47,817 bases of DNA from an uncultured Gammaproteobacteria bacterium (GTDB lineage: Bacteria; Patescibacteriota; Microgenomatia; Curtissbacterales; CAZCAY01), in contig CAZCAY010000002.1 in the NCBI GenBank assembly GCA_964496955.1, positions 1-47,817 of the forward strand. The letters run 5' to 3'. The notes beneath the pieces were generated by a model that did no database searches, was not told the DNA's origin, and saw nothing but the letters and a program-made list of their open reading frames with translations. Shown piece after piece: positions 11,858-20,680 of this stretch. The position numbers were made by a program, and so were the translations under genes. How positions within the stretch are numbered: the first letter of the stretch is position 1; every line of letters starts with the position of its first letter.

Positions 11858-12499
11858 TCATCTCGGTGGTAAATTAGCCTGAACCCGCCTGATGATTTTT
11901 TTGGACTTGCCAAACTTGTTAGTAGCCACAATTTCAATGGTATTCAGTCCTTCATTGAGTCTAATAGTGCTGCTAAAATTGCCATCACTATCTACACTCA
12001 CCAAATCCTGATTCACAGCCACTGTATTTTCAGGATCAGTTTGACCTCTAACTTCTACAGCCTCAGCAGCCACTCTGGCCATATCATCAGGGGCAATAAT
12101 ATCCAAAGTCGGAGCGGCCGCCAAGGAAATGTATTGGAAGAATAGATAAATTAAAAGACTAATAAACACCACTACCCCCAGAGAAAGAAGAGTAAAATTA
12201 GGAGTAAGTCTTAAATTTAAAAACCTCAAAGTCTTCATTTTAGGAGGGTTAAAATTAGCAACTTTCTGGTCAAACTCTCTTCTAAACAAAGCCAGCAAAT
12301 GACTCGTAGGTAGTTGCAAAAAATCGCCGTAATTTTTAATTAAACCCTTAACAAAAGTTGGCGGGGGGAGAAGATGGTAGTGGCCTTCTTCTAGATTGAT
12401 TAATACAGACTTGCGGATTTTGGTCTCTCTTTCCACATCCTCAAGGGTTAAGTTCTTTTTTAAACGAGCCTCTTTTAAAACCTGCCCAACCCTCTTCAT
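11858..12499 (-). CDS. RodZ-like protein: XRE-type HTH, TM helix and a beta-rich (Ig-like) C-terminal domain
   Basis: 213 aa. The N-terminal HTH is VGQVLKEARLKKNLTLEDVERETKIRKSVLINLEEG and the central TM helix is FTLLSLGVVVFISLLIYLFF. The C-terminus (VEVRGQTDPENTVAVN...GNFSSTIRLNEGLNTIEIVATN) looks like a bacterial Ig-like domain. Confidence 0.6.
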   Translation of the reverse strand: MKRVGQVLKEARLKKNLTLEDVERETKIRKSVLINLEEGHYHLLPPPTFVKGLIKNYGDFLQLPTSHLLALFRREFDQKVANFNPPKMKTLRFLNLRLTPNFTLLSLGVVVFISLLIYLFFQYISLAAAPTLDIIAPDDMARVAAEAVEVRGQTDPENTVAVNQDLVSVDSDGNFSSTIRLNEGLNTIEIVATNKFGKSKKIIRRVQANLPPR

Positions 12500-12519
12500 T
12501 AAAAATCTCCCACCTATTT

Positions 12520-14610
12520 TTAATGTTTAGACGAATGCCTTGCTGCCAAATATTCCTCAGCGTTTCTAACCAAGACATCACGGGGCTTGGCGCCCTCACC
12601 TGGACCCACAATGTTGGCCGCTTCCAACTCATCAATCAAACGGGCGGCTCTCGCATACCCAATTCTCAACCGACGTTGGAGTAAAGAAGCAGAAGCCCGA
12701 TCATACTGGCAAACCGTTCTAACCGCTTCCTCAAACAACTCATCTTGAGTACCTCCTTGATCCTTGGCTGCCCCTTTACCGTAAGCCATCTCAGTAACTT
12801 CTTGAGTATACTGTGGCTTAACGCCACTTTCTTTTAAGAAGGTGATCAAATTGCGCAATTCAGGTTCGGAAACAAAAACCCCTTGAATTCTAACAGGCTT
12901 GGAAGCATCAGGTGCTAAAAAGAGCATATCTCCGCGGCCAAGTAATTTCTCTGCGCCCGGTTGATCAATAATCACCCTTGAATCTACCATCGAAGAGACA
13001 TTAAAAGCGATACGACAAGGAATGTTAGCTTTAATCAGACCTGTAATCACATCCACCGATGGTCTTTGAGTGGCTAACACTAAATGGATACCAGTGGCTC
13101 TAGCCATTTGGGCCAAACGGATAATGGCATCCTCAACCTCTACGGGAGCAAAAGCCATTAAATCAGCCAATTCATCAATGATCACCACAATGTTTGGCAA
13201 TGCTTGAAACCCTGATAACTCGTTAAAATCAGCTAGATTGCGCACACCCACTTGAGCAAAAAGCTTATAGCGTCTATCCATTTCCGCCATTAACCATTTC
13301 AGGGCAGATAAAATTTTTTCCACTTCTACAATTACTGGTGTTAGTAAATGGGGAATGTCATTATATTCGGATAACTCTACCCTTTTGGGGTCAACTAAGA
13401 GCAATTTTAGTTCGTTTGGTGAATTTCTAAATAATAATGAGGCGATAAAAGCATTAATAGCCACCGATTTCCCAGAACCGGTAGTGCCTGCCATTAAAAC
13501 ATGAGGCATTTTGGCAATATCTGCCACGACTGGATCCCCAGAAACGTTTAAACCTAAAGCTACGGCCAACTTGGATTTTTGAGACTGCATTGCCTCAGAA
13601 GACAAAATTCGTTTCAAGGAAACTATCTCCAAAGTGCGATTGGGCACTTCAATACCCACCAAAGATTTACCCGGAATAGGCGCTTCAATTCTAACCGTGC
13701 CTGTAGGGGCCGCTAAAGCTAAAGCCAAATCGTTTTGGAGGGCGGTTATTTTCGAAATTCTGGTGCCGGCTGGGATTGAAAGAGCGTATTGGGTAACCGC
13801 CGGCCCACAGTTGACTTCAACTACTTTAGCATCCCTAATGCCAAAATTATCCAAGGTTTTCTCAATAGTATCAGCATTTTTCTTAACGTCTCCCCGGTCA
13901 GCTTCAGCAGAAACACCGCTTGAAAGTAAAGACAAAGGAGGATATTGCCACAATTTACCTTCTGTGGGCAAATTCATCACCGTTTCTTCTATCAGGCCAG
14001 CTGGTGGAGGTGTTGAAGGTGATTTGACGTTCTTTTCAGCCACTGGTTGCATACCTTTAATAACAGGAGGTGATTTGGTAATTGCAACCCCTTTCCTGCT
14101 TTTCAACCACGAGGAAAGATATTTTTTAATACCAGCTATTACCGAACTTATGGCTAAAACTGCCTGACTAAGAGAGGTGTCCAGTAAAACCATTAATCCG
14201 ATTAAGGTTACACCTAAAAAGATAATGACGGCGCCTAAAGGGGTTAAAATGTTACTAGTTCCCTCCCATAAAGTTTGGGCAATTAAACCTGCCTCATCCT
14301 CCTTAAAAGGCGCACTTAAAACCAATAAGCCTAACATAAATAAAGTGGCTCCAAAGACCACATGAAACTGGACAAAGCGCCATTTTAATTTGAGTAAAGA
14401 CAAACTAAAAATTAAGCCAATCAGCCCATAAAAAAAAGTTCCCCAACCAAAAAGCAAGGTGAAAAAGTCCCGCAAAATGTTTAAAACTAAGCCCTTAGCA
14501 AAAAAGGAAAAAATTAACAAAACAGAAATGGTGAAAAAAACTACTGAAGAAATACCAGCAACGGTTTGTTTTTTAAGCTTAATCTTAAAAGGTGAACGAT
14601 AACGACGCAT
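12520..14610 (-). CDS. ftsK: DNA translocase FtsK/SpoIIIE
   Basis: N-terminal polytopic membrane domain, a linker, a motor domain with Walker A (GTTGSGKSV) and Walker B (VVIIDELADL), and a C-terminal gamma wHTH (ASASLLQRRLRIGYARAARLIDELE). ATG at 14610 is the preferred start; the TTG at 14625 is the alternative. Confidence 0.93.
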   Translation of the reverse strand: MRRYRSPFKIKLKKQTVAGISSVVFFTISVLLIFSFFAKGLVLNILRDFFTLLFGWGTFFYGLIGLIFSLSLLKLKWRFVQFHVVFGATLFMLGLLVLSAPFKEDEAGLIAQTLWEGTSNILTPLGAVIIFLGVTLIGLMVLLDTSLSQAVLAISSVIAGIKKYLSSWLKSRKGVAITKSPPVIKGMQPVAEKNVKSPSTPPPAGLIEETVMNLPTEGKLWQYPPLSLLSSGVSAEADRGDVKKNADTIEKTLDNFGIRDAKVVEVNCGPAVTQYALSIPAGTRISKITALQNDLALALAAPTGTVRIEAPIPGKSLVGIEVPNRTLEIVSLKRILSSEAMQSQKSKLAVALGLNVSGDPVVADIAKMPHVLMAGTTGSGKSVAINAFIASLLFRNSPNELKLLLVDPKRVELSEYNDIPHLLTPVIVEVEKILSALKWLMAEMDRRYKLFAQVGVRNLADFNELSGFQALPNIVVIIDELADLMAFAPVEVEDAIIRLAQMARATGIHLVLATQRPSVDVITGLIKANIPCRIAFNVSSMVDSRVIIDQPGAEKLLGRGDMLFLAPDASKPVRIQGVFVSEPELRNLITFLKESGVKPQYTQEVTEMAYGKGAAKDQGGTQDELFEEAVRTVCQYDRASASLLQRRLRIGYARAARLIDELEAANIVGPGEGAKPRDVLVRNAEEYLAARHSSKH

Positions 14611-14614
14611 AAAT

Positions 14615-16291
14615 TTAAACCTCAATCACTACAGGCAAAATCATTGGCCGACGCTTGGTTTCATTATACAAAAATCTTTTGAGATTATCCTCAATATGAC
14701 GTCTCACAAAATACCAATCAGTAATCCTCCCAGTTTGACCCCCTAAACAGTTTACCACTATTTGTTCGGCTTTTCGGATCAATCTCTTTGAACGATTCAT
14801 ATATACAAAACCGCGTGAGACAATATCGGGCTTACCTGCCACCCGGCCAGTTTCAGTATCCACAGGCACAATAACCACCACAAAGCCATCTTCAGCAATT
14901 TGCTGTCTGTCGCGCAAAACCACACTGCCCACATCACCCACCCCAAGACCATCAACTAAAACATTACGCAAGGATATTTGGGAGCCTAATTTAATCAGGC
15001 GAGGTTGCACTTCAACCACCCGACCTGTTTGGGCAAGAATGATTCTATCATCGCTAAAACCCATTTGTTTGGCTAATTGAACATAAGCTGCCATCTGGCG
15101 AAAACCGCCTGAAATAGGCATCACAAACTGGGGCTTAAGAAGTGATACTAACAACATTAATTCAAAAGCCGCCGCATGTCCTGAAACATGCAAATCATCC
15201 AAAATATCAGAATACACAACCTGAGCACCTAACTTAACTAAGCTGTCAATTAAGGCATAAACCGCATCAATATTGCCAGGAATAGGATCGGCGGAAAAAA
15301 CCACACTGTCGCCTTTACTAATTCTCACCACTTCATGCTGATCATTGGCAATTTGGGAAAGGGCTGATTCCGGTTGTGCCTGACTCCCTGCCACTATTAA
15401 CAGCAACTGGTTAGCAGGCAAAGTCCGCACTTGATCTAGCTCCACAAAAGTGGCCAGTGGGAAATGAAAAATGCCCATCCTGAAAGCAATGTCCACCGCT
15501 TTAATAACGCTGCGGCCGACTAAAGCCACCTTTCTACCTTGACTAACAGCTACTTCAATAGCTTGCTTAATTCTAAATAAGTTAGAAGAGGTAGTTGTAA
15601 TTAAAACCTTACCCTTAGTTGAGGCTGTAATATGGGCAAAAGTTTCCTTAATAGTTTCCTCTGATGGGGTCACGCCTGGCTTTTCCGCACGCAGACAATC
15701 AGATAACAAAAGTAAAACGCCCTCATTCCCAAAGCGAGCTATTTTGGCCACGTCAGTTGGTTGAGAGGGAGCTGTTAAGTCGAATTTAAAATCCGACGCG
15801 TGATATATTAAGCCAACAGGACTTCTAATAAGTAAATGAAGAGAATCAGGCACTGAATGAGCAACCCTAATAAAATTCACCTTAAAAGGCCCAAGGTGGA
15901 GACTTTGATCTGGATCAATTAAATTGATTCTCAAATTTACCCCCGGAAAGTCTTCTAACTTAGCTTTAATGAAAGCTGCAGTTAAAGGACTGGCAAAAAT
16001 AGGTGCTTTGAGAAGGGGAGCAATATAAGGAATGGCTCCAATATGATCCTCATGGGCATGGGTAATCACCAAACCTAAAACTTTTAGCTGGCGATCAAGC
16101 AAATAAGAAACATCTGGGATAACAAAATCCACACCCAACATCTCTGTACTCGGAAAACCTAAACCACAGTCCACTATTACACATTCGTGGCCATATTGAT
16201 AGACAAACATGTTTTTGGTCACTTCGCCGGCACCGCCTAGTGGGACAATCTTCACCATCGAATCATTTTTGGTAAAACGACCACTTTTCAT
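14615..16291 (-). CDS. rnj: Ribonuclease J (metallo-beta-lactamase / beta-CASP)
   Basis: The HxHxDH motif is present (ITHAHEDHIGAIPY), with a downstream H/D series (RVAHSVPDS, HASDFKFD, HVSGHA). The length is about 555 aa. Starts are ATG at 16291 or GTG at 16297. Confidence 0.9.
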   Translation of the reverse strand: MKSGRFTKNDSMVKIVPLGGAGEVTKNMFVYQYGHECVIVDCGLGFPSTEMLGVDFVIPDVSYLLDRQLKVLGLVITHAHEDHIGAIPYIAPLLKAPIFASPLTAAFIKAKLEDFPGVNLRINLIDPDQSLHLGPFKVNFIRVAHSVPDSLHLLIRSPVGLIYHASDFKFDLTAPSQPTDVAKIARFGNEGVLLLLSDCLRAEKPGVTPSEETIKETFAHITASTKGKVLITTTSSNLFRIKQAIEVAVSQGRKVALVGRSVIKAVDIAFRMGIFHFPLATFVELDQVRTLPANQLLLIVAGSQAQPESALSQIANDQHEVVRISKGDSVVFSADPIPGNIDAVYALIDSLVKLGAQVVYSDILDDLHVSGHAAAFELMLLVSLLKPQFVMPISGGFRQMAAYVQLAKQMGFSDDRIILAQTGRVVEVQPRLIKLGSQISLRNVLVDGLGVGDVGSVVLRDRQQIAEDGFVVVIVPVDTETGRVAGKPDIVSRGFVYMNRSKRLIRKAEQIVVNCLGGQTGRITDWYFVRRHIEDNLKRFLYNETKRRPMILPVVIEV

Positions 16292-16297
16292 AGACAC

Positions 16298-16909
16298 CTA
16301 TCCAAATAGGTCGAGTTGGGCTGCTTGATTTAGCTGATTAACATTGTTAGGATAGTCCTGTTTTAACAATTTGGCCAATTTGTCAATGTCTATTAGGAAT
16401 TTGCGTTCAATGGTCGGGCTTCGCAAGGCGGCCGCTGGATGAAAACAGGGGAAAAGTAAAAAACTGCCCATTTTAAAGATTTTGCCATGGACTTGGCTAA
16501 TACTGTAACCTGGCAAAAACTTTGCCAAAGAAAATCGGCCTAAAGTGACAATAACTTTCGGCTGGATCACTGCCAACTGCTTATCAAGCCACCCATTACA
16601 AGCCCTAATTTCTTCCGGCGCAGGATCACGATTTTGGGGAGGACGGTGCTTGATAATATTGGTAATAAAAATCTCTTCCCTTTTAAGATTAATGGAGGTG
16701 AGCGCTTTTTCTAAAAACTGGCCTGCTGCTCCGACAAAAGGTCGGCCTTCTCTATCTTCATAAAAACCAGGCGCTTCTCCAATGAAGACAATCTGGCTAT
16801 TCGGATTACCTTCGCCTGGTACGGCTTGGGAAGCCGCCTGGTATAGGGGGCAACGACGACACTGACTAATTTCGCCATTAATCTTAGCCAATTGTTTGCC
16901 CTTATCCAT
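16298..16909 (-). CDS. Uracil-DNA glycosylase, family 4 (Fe-S type)
   Basis: Motifs CRRCPL, GEGNPNSQIVFIGEAPG..ED..GRPFVG.AG and HPAAALR are present. ATG at 16909 is the preferred start; TTG at 16927 is the alternative. Confidence 0.88.
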   Translation of the reverse strand: MDKGKQLAKINGEISQCRRCPLYQAASQAVPGEGNPNSQIVFIGEAPGFYEDREGRPFVGAAGQFLEKALTSINLKREEIFITNIIKHRPPQNRDPAPEEIRACNGWLDKQLAVIQPKVIVTLGRFSLAKFLPGYSISQVHGKIFKMGSFLLFPCFHPAAALRSPTIERKFLIDIDKLAKLLKQDYPNNVNQLNQAAQLDLFG

Positions 16910-16920
16910 ATCCAATCTTG

Positions 16921-17964
16921 CTACCAAGCAGCAATAAACTCCTTCAAATTGCCCGCAGTTATTTCAAAATGTTCTCCTTTGCCTTCCACCTTCAATTTAG
17001 CAGCCTTACGACAGATTGCCTGAATAGTTCTCTCCAAACTTCTCATACCAGCATCAAACCCTAATGGTCTAACGATTTTAGGCCAAACATCATTAGCCAC
17101 GGTCACAGCCCCAGGAGGTAAACCCGATTCTCTAATTGCCTTAGGTAAAATATAATCACGACCAATGACGATTTTTTCCTCGTCAGTATACGAGGGCATT
17201 TGAATTGGCTCTAATCTATCCAAGACAGCTGTGGCGATATTAGTGGTGTTATTCGCTGTTGCAATAAATAAAACCTCAGATAGATCAAAAGGATAGTCAA
17301 TAAAATGGTCAGTAAAGGCCTTATTCTGTTCTGGATCTAAAAGCTCCACCAAAACTCCCATCACATCAGCTCGGTTATGCTCAACCACTCGATCAATTTC
17401 ATCAAGTAGAATCACAGGATTTTTGGCCTTAGCCAAACGCAAGGCTTTAATAATCTGGCCAGGTTCAGAATCAGGATAAACCCGCGATTGGCCCCTTAAT
17501 TGTAAAGGGTCACCCAAACCACCAAAGGGAATGCGGGCAAATTTTCTCCCTAAAGCTTGGGAGATTGAATAAGCCAAAGTAGTCTTTCCAGTCCCCACCA
17601 AACCAATAAAACACAATATTGGTGCTCTGGAAATTGATTGCTCTTGACTTCTTAAAGTTAAAACAGCCAAATACTCCAAAATGCGCTCTTTAATTTCTAG
17701 CAAACCATAATGACTTCTATCTAACACCTGTCTTGCATGATTGAGATCTAAGATATCCTCTGTTTTTTCATTCCAGGGCAAACTCACAACCCAATCAGTA
17801 TAACGATTCAAACTTTCAAACTCTTGCGAATATGCCCCAGAGCTGGCAATCGCCAAAACTCGCTCAATCATTGGCTGAATTTTATCCAAGAGCCCTACTG
17901 GTAAATTGGCGCTCTTGACTTTCTTTTCTAATTTATGGACCTCTTCAACTAAGATTGGCTGCAT
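16921..17964 (-). CDS. Stand-alone Lon-type AAA+ ATPase module (no LAN N-domain, no S16 protease domain)
   Basis: 347 aa that can be aligned by eye to the Lon ATPase region: YTDWVVSLPWNEK, HYGLLEIKERILEYLAV, Walker A GLVGTGKTTL, RGQSRVYPDSEPG, Walker B ILLDEIDR, LLDPEQNKAFTDH, FIATANN, LDRLEPIQMPSYT and GMRSLERTI. The ORF stops where the Lon protease domain would begin. Confidence 0.8.
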   Translation of the reverse strand: MQPILVEEVHKLEKKVKSANLPVGLLDKIQPMIERVLAIASSGAYSQEFESLNRYTDWVVSLPWNEKTEDILDLNHARQVLDRSHYGLLEIKERILEYLAVLTLRSQEQSISRAPILCFIGLVGTGKTTLAYSISQALGRKFARIPFGGLGDPLQLRGQSRVYPDSEPGQIIKALRLAKAKNPVILLDEIDRVVEHNRADVMGVLVELLDPEQNKAFTDHFIDYPFDLSEVLFIATANNTTNIATAVLDRLEPIQMPSYTDEEKIVIGRDYILPKAIRESGLPPGAVTVANDVWPKIVRPLGFDAGMRSLERTIQAICRKAAKLKVEGKGEHFEITAGNLKEFIAAW

Positions 17965-18008
17965 GGCAAATCACATCATAATACATTTTGCCTAACTTTT
18001 AAAATAAG

Positions 18009-18034
18009 CTAATTTGAGAAAACCTCTAAATTAG
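18009..18034 (-). terminator. Possible intrinsic terminator after pnp
   Basis: The minus strand reads CTAATTT(A)GAG-GTTTT-CTCAAATTAG, a 10-bp stem with one bulge, followed by the T-rich CTTATTTT. Confidence 0.3.
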
Positions 18035-18037
18035 AAG

Positions 18038-18973
18038 TTAATATCTGCGCTTAAAGGGGCCTCGGCTGTTTCTTACTTGCTTAGATTTACCCACCAAACC
18101 CCCAGGCTGGCCAAAAATCATAGACAAATTAATCCTGCCTTGTTCATCAAGCTCAATCACTCTCACCTTCACTGATTGACCAATCTCAACAACATCTTCA
18201 ACCCGATTCACTCTATAAGGAGCTAATTGGGAAATATGAACCAACCCTTCTTTGCCGGGCAAAATTTCTACTACTGCCCCAAACGGTAAAATCCTTTTAA
18301 CTTGACCGTTAAACACTTCCCCAACTTTCACTTCCCTAACTAAACTCTCAATCAAGTCAATAGCCTTTTGACAATCTTCTTCATTACCTGCAGAAACAGT
18401 AACCCTCCCATCATCGTCAATATTAATTACCGTATTAGTCTTGGCAATAATACTATTAATAGTTCGACCCCCAGAGCCAATCACATCGCCAATTTTAGAA
18501 GGATCAATGTGAATCACTTTAATCTTAGGTGCATAAACAGAAATGTGAGGCCTGGGTGTTGGAATAACCGCTAACATCTTTTCTAAAATCTGCAATCTGG
18601 CAGTTCTAGCACGCTGTAAGGCTTCGGCAATAATCTCAAACTTCAAACCTGGGATTTTGACGTCCACCTGAATAGCTGTAACACCGTGTCTAGTGCCAGC
18701 TACCTTAAAGTCCATATCCCCATTAGCATCTTCACTATAAGCAATATCAGTCAGAAGGACATGGCGGTTCTCATCACTCACCAACCCCATTGCTACACCA
18801 GCTACTGCTTCACTAATTGGTACTCCTGCATCCATTAAAGCCAAAGTTGACCCACAGACTGATGCTTGCGATGTTGATCCGGCAGAAGATAAGACCTCAG
18901 AAACCACCCTGATGGTGTAGGGAAAGACAGTCTCATCAGGTATAACTGGCACCAATGCCCTTTCTGCTAGCAC
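18038..18973 (-). CDS. pnp: Polyribonucleotide nucleotidyltransferase, C-terminal fragment (rest of second RNase PH core, KH and S1 domains)
   Basis: 311 aa starting LAERALVPVIPDE... It contains the GSTSQASVCGSTLALMDAGVP block, a KH domain (IGDVIGSGGRTINSI) and an S1 domain (VGEVFNGQVKRILPFGAVVEILPGKEGLVHISQL). It continues the upstream ORF in a different frame. Confidence 0.9.
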   Translation of the reverse strand: MLAERALVPVIPDETVFPYTIRVVSEVLSSAGSTSQASVCGSTLALMDAGVPISEAVAGVAMGLVSDENRHVLLTDIAYSEDANGDMDFKVAGTRHGVTAIQVDVKIPGLKFEIIAEALQRARTARLQILEKMLAVIPTPRPHISVYAPKIKVIHIDPSKIGDVIGSGGRTINSIIAKTNTVINIDDDGRVTVSAGNEEDCQKAIDLIESLVREVKVGEVFNGQVKRILPFGAVVEILPGKEGLVHISQLAPYRVNRVEDVVEIGQSVKVRVIELDEQGRINLSMIFGQPGGLVGKSKQVRNSRGPFKRRY

Positions 18974-20180
18974 CGTGGCCTATTTCTCGCCTGCCTAAAG
19001 GGCCAATTCTCCTCACTTCACCAGTCGAAAACGGTGGGAAATTGTAATGATGCATATAACGCTTCGTTTCCTCACCCTCCATGCTTTCAATCAACTGCTC
19101 TAAAGCTGGTGAACCTAAAGTGACAATGGATAAAACTTGAGTCTCGCCTCTTTGGAAAAGCGCCGATCCATGAGTCCTGGGCAAAATGCCCACTTCAATT
19201 TTTAAATCCCGCAACTGGTCAGGAAACCGTCCGTCAAGACGTTTACCTGAGTCTAAAATTTGACGACGCACATAATTTCTGACTTCCGATTCTAAAAGAT
19301 TGGCTAGTAAAGTTTGATTTAATTCATGATCCGCTAAAGCCTGGGCAAGTTGGTCAAGGGCTTTGTCAAACCATTTTTCATCAGCTGCTACTTGAGGGTC
19401 ACTTAAAGTGGGTAGTAAGTTTTGATGAATAAAATCAGTAGCTAACTTTTTTTCTTCGGGAGAAAGTGTTGGCGGTTCTGGTATTGGTTCTTTTTCTTTG
19501 GCAAACTGGCGACTTAAGCCATTAATAAACTCAATGATTTTTTCATTTTCTCTTTGGGCAAATTTAATAGCTTCCATCATTACCTCTTCACTCACAGAAC
19601 GAGCGCCAGCCTCAATCATCACCGGTAACTCTTGAGTGGAGGCCACAACCAAATCTAATGGAGACTGTTCTCTTTGAGCGTTAGTAGGATTAACTACAAA
19701 ATGATTGTCCAATTGACCAACCCTTACTGCCCCTATCGGACCAGCCCAAGGAATACTGGACAAAGCCAAAGCAGCCGAAACCGCAATGGCTGAAAGAACA
19801 TCAGGATCGTTTTCTTGGTCAACTGATAGAACCGTTACAATAACCTGAATTTCATCACGCAGTGTTTTAGAAAACAATGGCCTAATAGACCGATCAATCA
19901 TCCGAGCAGTTAAAATCGCTGATTCTGTGGGTCGACCTTCTCTCTTAATAAAGCGGGATGTGGAAATGCGCCCACCTGCATACAACCGTTCCTCATAGTC
20001 AACGGTTAAAGGCAAATATGAAATTTCCTCGGTGGTTTTTTGGTTACAAACAGTGGCTAAAACAACCGTCTCACCAAAAGTAGCTTTAACCGCCGCATTC
20101 GCATGCAGAGCTAATTCTCCCGACTCGAGAATCAACTTTCTACCACCAATTTCAATTTCTTCTCTAAAGCCTTTCACCAT
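18936..20180 (-). CDS. pnp: Polyribonucleotide nucleotidyltransferase, N-terminal fragment (first RNase PH core, alpha domain, start of second core)
   Basis: 414 aa. It ends ...NFPPFSTGEVRRIGPLGRREIGHGA and then reads 9 off-frame codons before TGA at 18936-18938. The frame break is at about 18966-18973. Confidence 0.9.
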   Translation of the reverse strand: MVKGFREEIEIGGRKLILESGELALHANAAVKATFGETVVLATVCNQKTTEEISYLPLTVDYEERLYAGGRISTSRFIKREGRPTESAILTARMIDRSIRPLFSKTLRDEIQVIVTVLSVDQENDPDVLSAIAVSAALALSSIPWAGPIGAVRVGQLDNHFVVNPTNAQREQSPLDLVVASTQELPVMIEAGARSVSEEVMMEAIKFAQRENEKIIEFINGLSRQFAKEKEPIPEPPTLSPEEKKLATDFIHQNLLPTLSDPQVAADEKWFDKALDQLAQALADHELNQTLLANLLESEVRNYVRRQILDSGKRLDGRFPDQLRDLKIEVGILPRTHGSALFQRGETQVLSIVTLGSPALEQLIESMEGEETKRYMHHYNFPPFSTGEVRRIGPLGRREIGHGASRKGIGASYT

Positions 20181-20205
20181 AAAACTAAGCTCTTGGAAGG
20201 TGACA

Positions 20206-20282
20206 GGAGTTAGAAAGAGGGTATTGTAAATTATTAAACCTAAAATGGCACCAATAATTTACAGTACTCAATCTCTAACTCC
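20206..20282 (-). promoter_or_regulatory. Long interrupted hairpin in the rpsO-pnp intergenic region (candidate pnp leader / rpsO terminator structure)
   Basis: The outer stem is GGAGTTAGA (20206-20214) paired with TCTAACTCC (20274-20282). The inner stem is TGTAAATTATT (20225-20235) paired with AATAATTTACA (20253-20263), around a 17-nt loop. The two stems are separated by a 10/10-nt internal loop. Confidence 0.5.
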
Positions 20283-20330
20283 TTCAACCTTACCAATTAA
20301 ATTTTCCCTCTCATTATAAAACTTTCCTGT

Positions 20331-20630
20331 TTATTTATTCAACCCTAACTTTTCAATAATTGCCCGATAGCGGTCTGCTTCTTTTTGAATAAGGTAATGC
20401 AACAATCTTCTCCTCTTGTTAACCATTGAGAGCAAACCGCGCCGTGAGTGAACATCATGAGGATGCTTTTTTAAATGCTCGGTAACATTCTTAATTCTTT
20501 CTGTTAAGAGAGCAATCTGAACCTCCGGCGAGCCTGTATCACCCTCGTGGGTTTTGAATTGCTCAATGATTTGTTGCTTATCAAGCTTTCTAACTTTGCC
20601 TTGATCAAGCTGGTGGTGTTTCTGCGCCAT
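20331..20630 (-). CDS. rpsO: 30S ribosomal protein S15
   Basis: 99 aa with S15 blocks ([45 protein letters not shown]). It lies upstream of pnp, as in most bacteria. Confidence 0.95.
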   Translation of the reverse strand: MAQKHHQLDQGKVRKLDKQQIIEQFKTHEGDTGSPEVQIALLTERIKNVTEHLKKHPHDVHSRRGLLSMVNKRRRLLHYLIQKEADRYRAIIEKLGLNK

Positions 20631-20644
20631 AGATAGTTTGCCAA

Positions 20645-20673
20645 ATTATAACAGTAGCCGCCGTGAGTTACAA
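20645..20673 (-). promoter_or_regulatory. Sigma70-like promoter for rpsO (TTGTAA-17-TATAAT)
   Basis: The minus strand has TTGTAA at 20673-20668, a 17-nt spacer, and a perfect TATAAT at 20650-20645 preceded by TGT. The element lies about 15 nt upstream of the rpsO ATG. Confidence 0.55.
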
Positions 20674-20680
20674 GACAAAG

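Noticed and set aside
13634-14167. 177-aa ORF on the plus strand, antisense to ftsK. It is the longest antisense ORF in the window.
   Set aside because: It lies wholly inside a well-supported ftsK reading frame. Its translation is low-complexity and shows no motif, no SD sequence and no promoter. Long antisense ORFs arise easily opposite genes with this codon bias.
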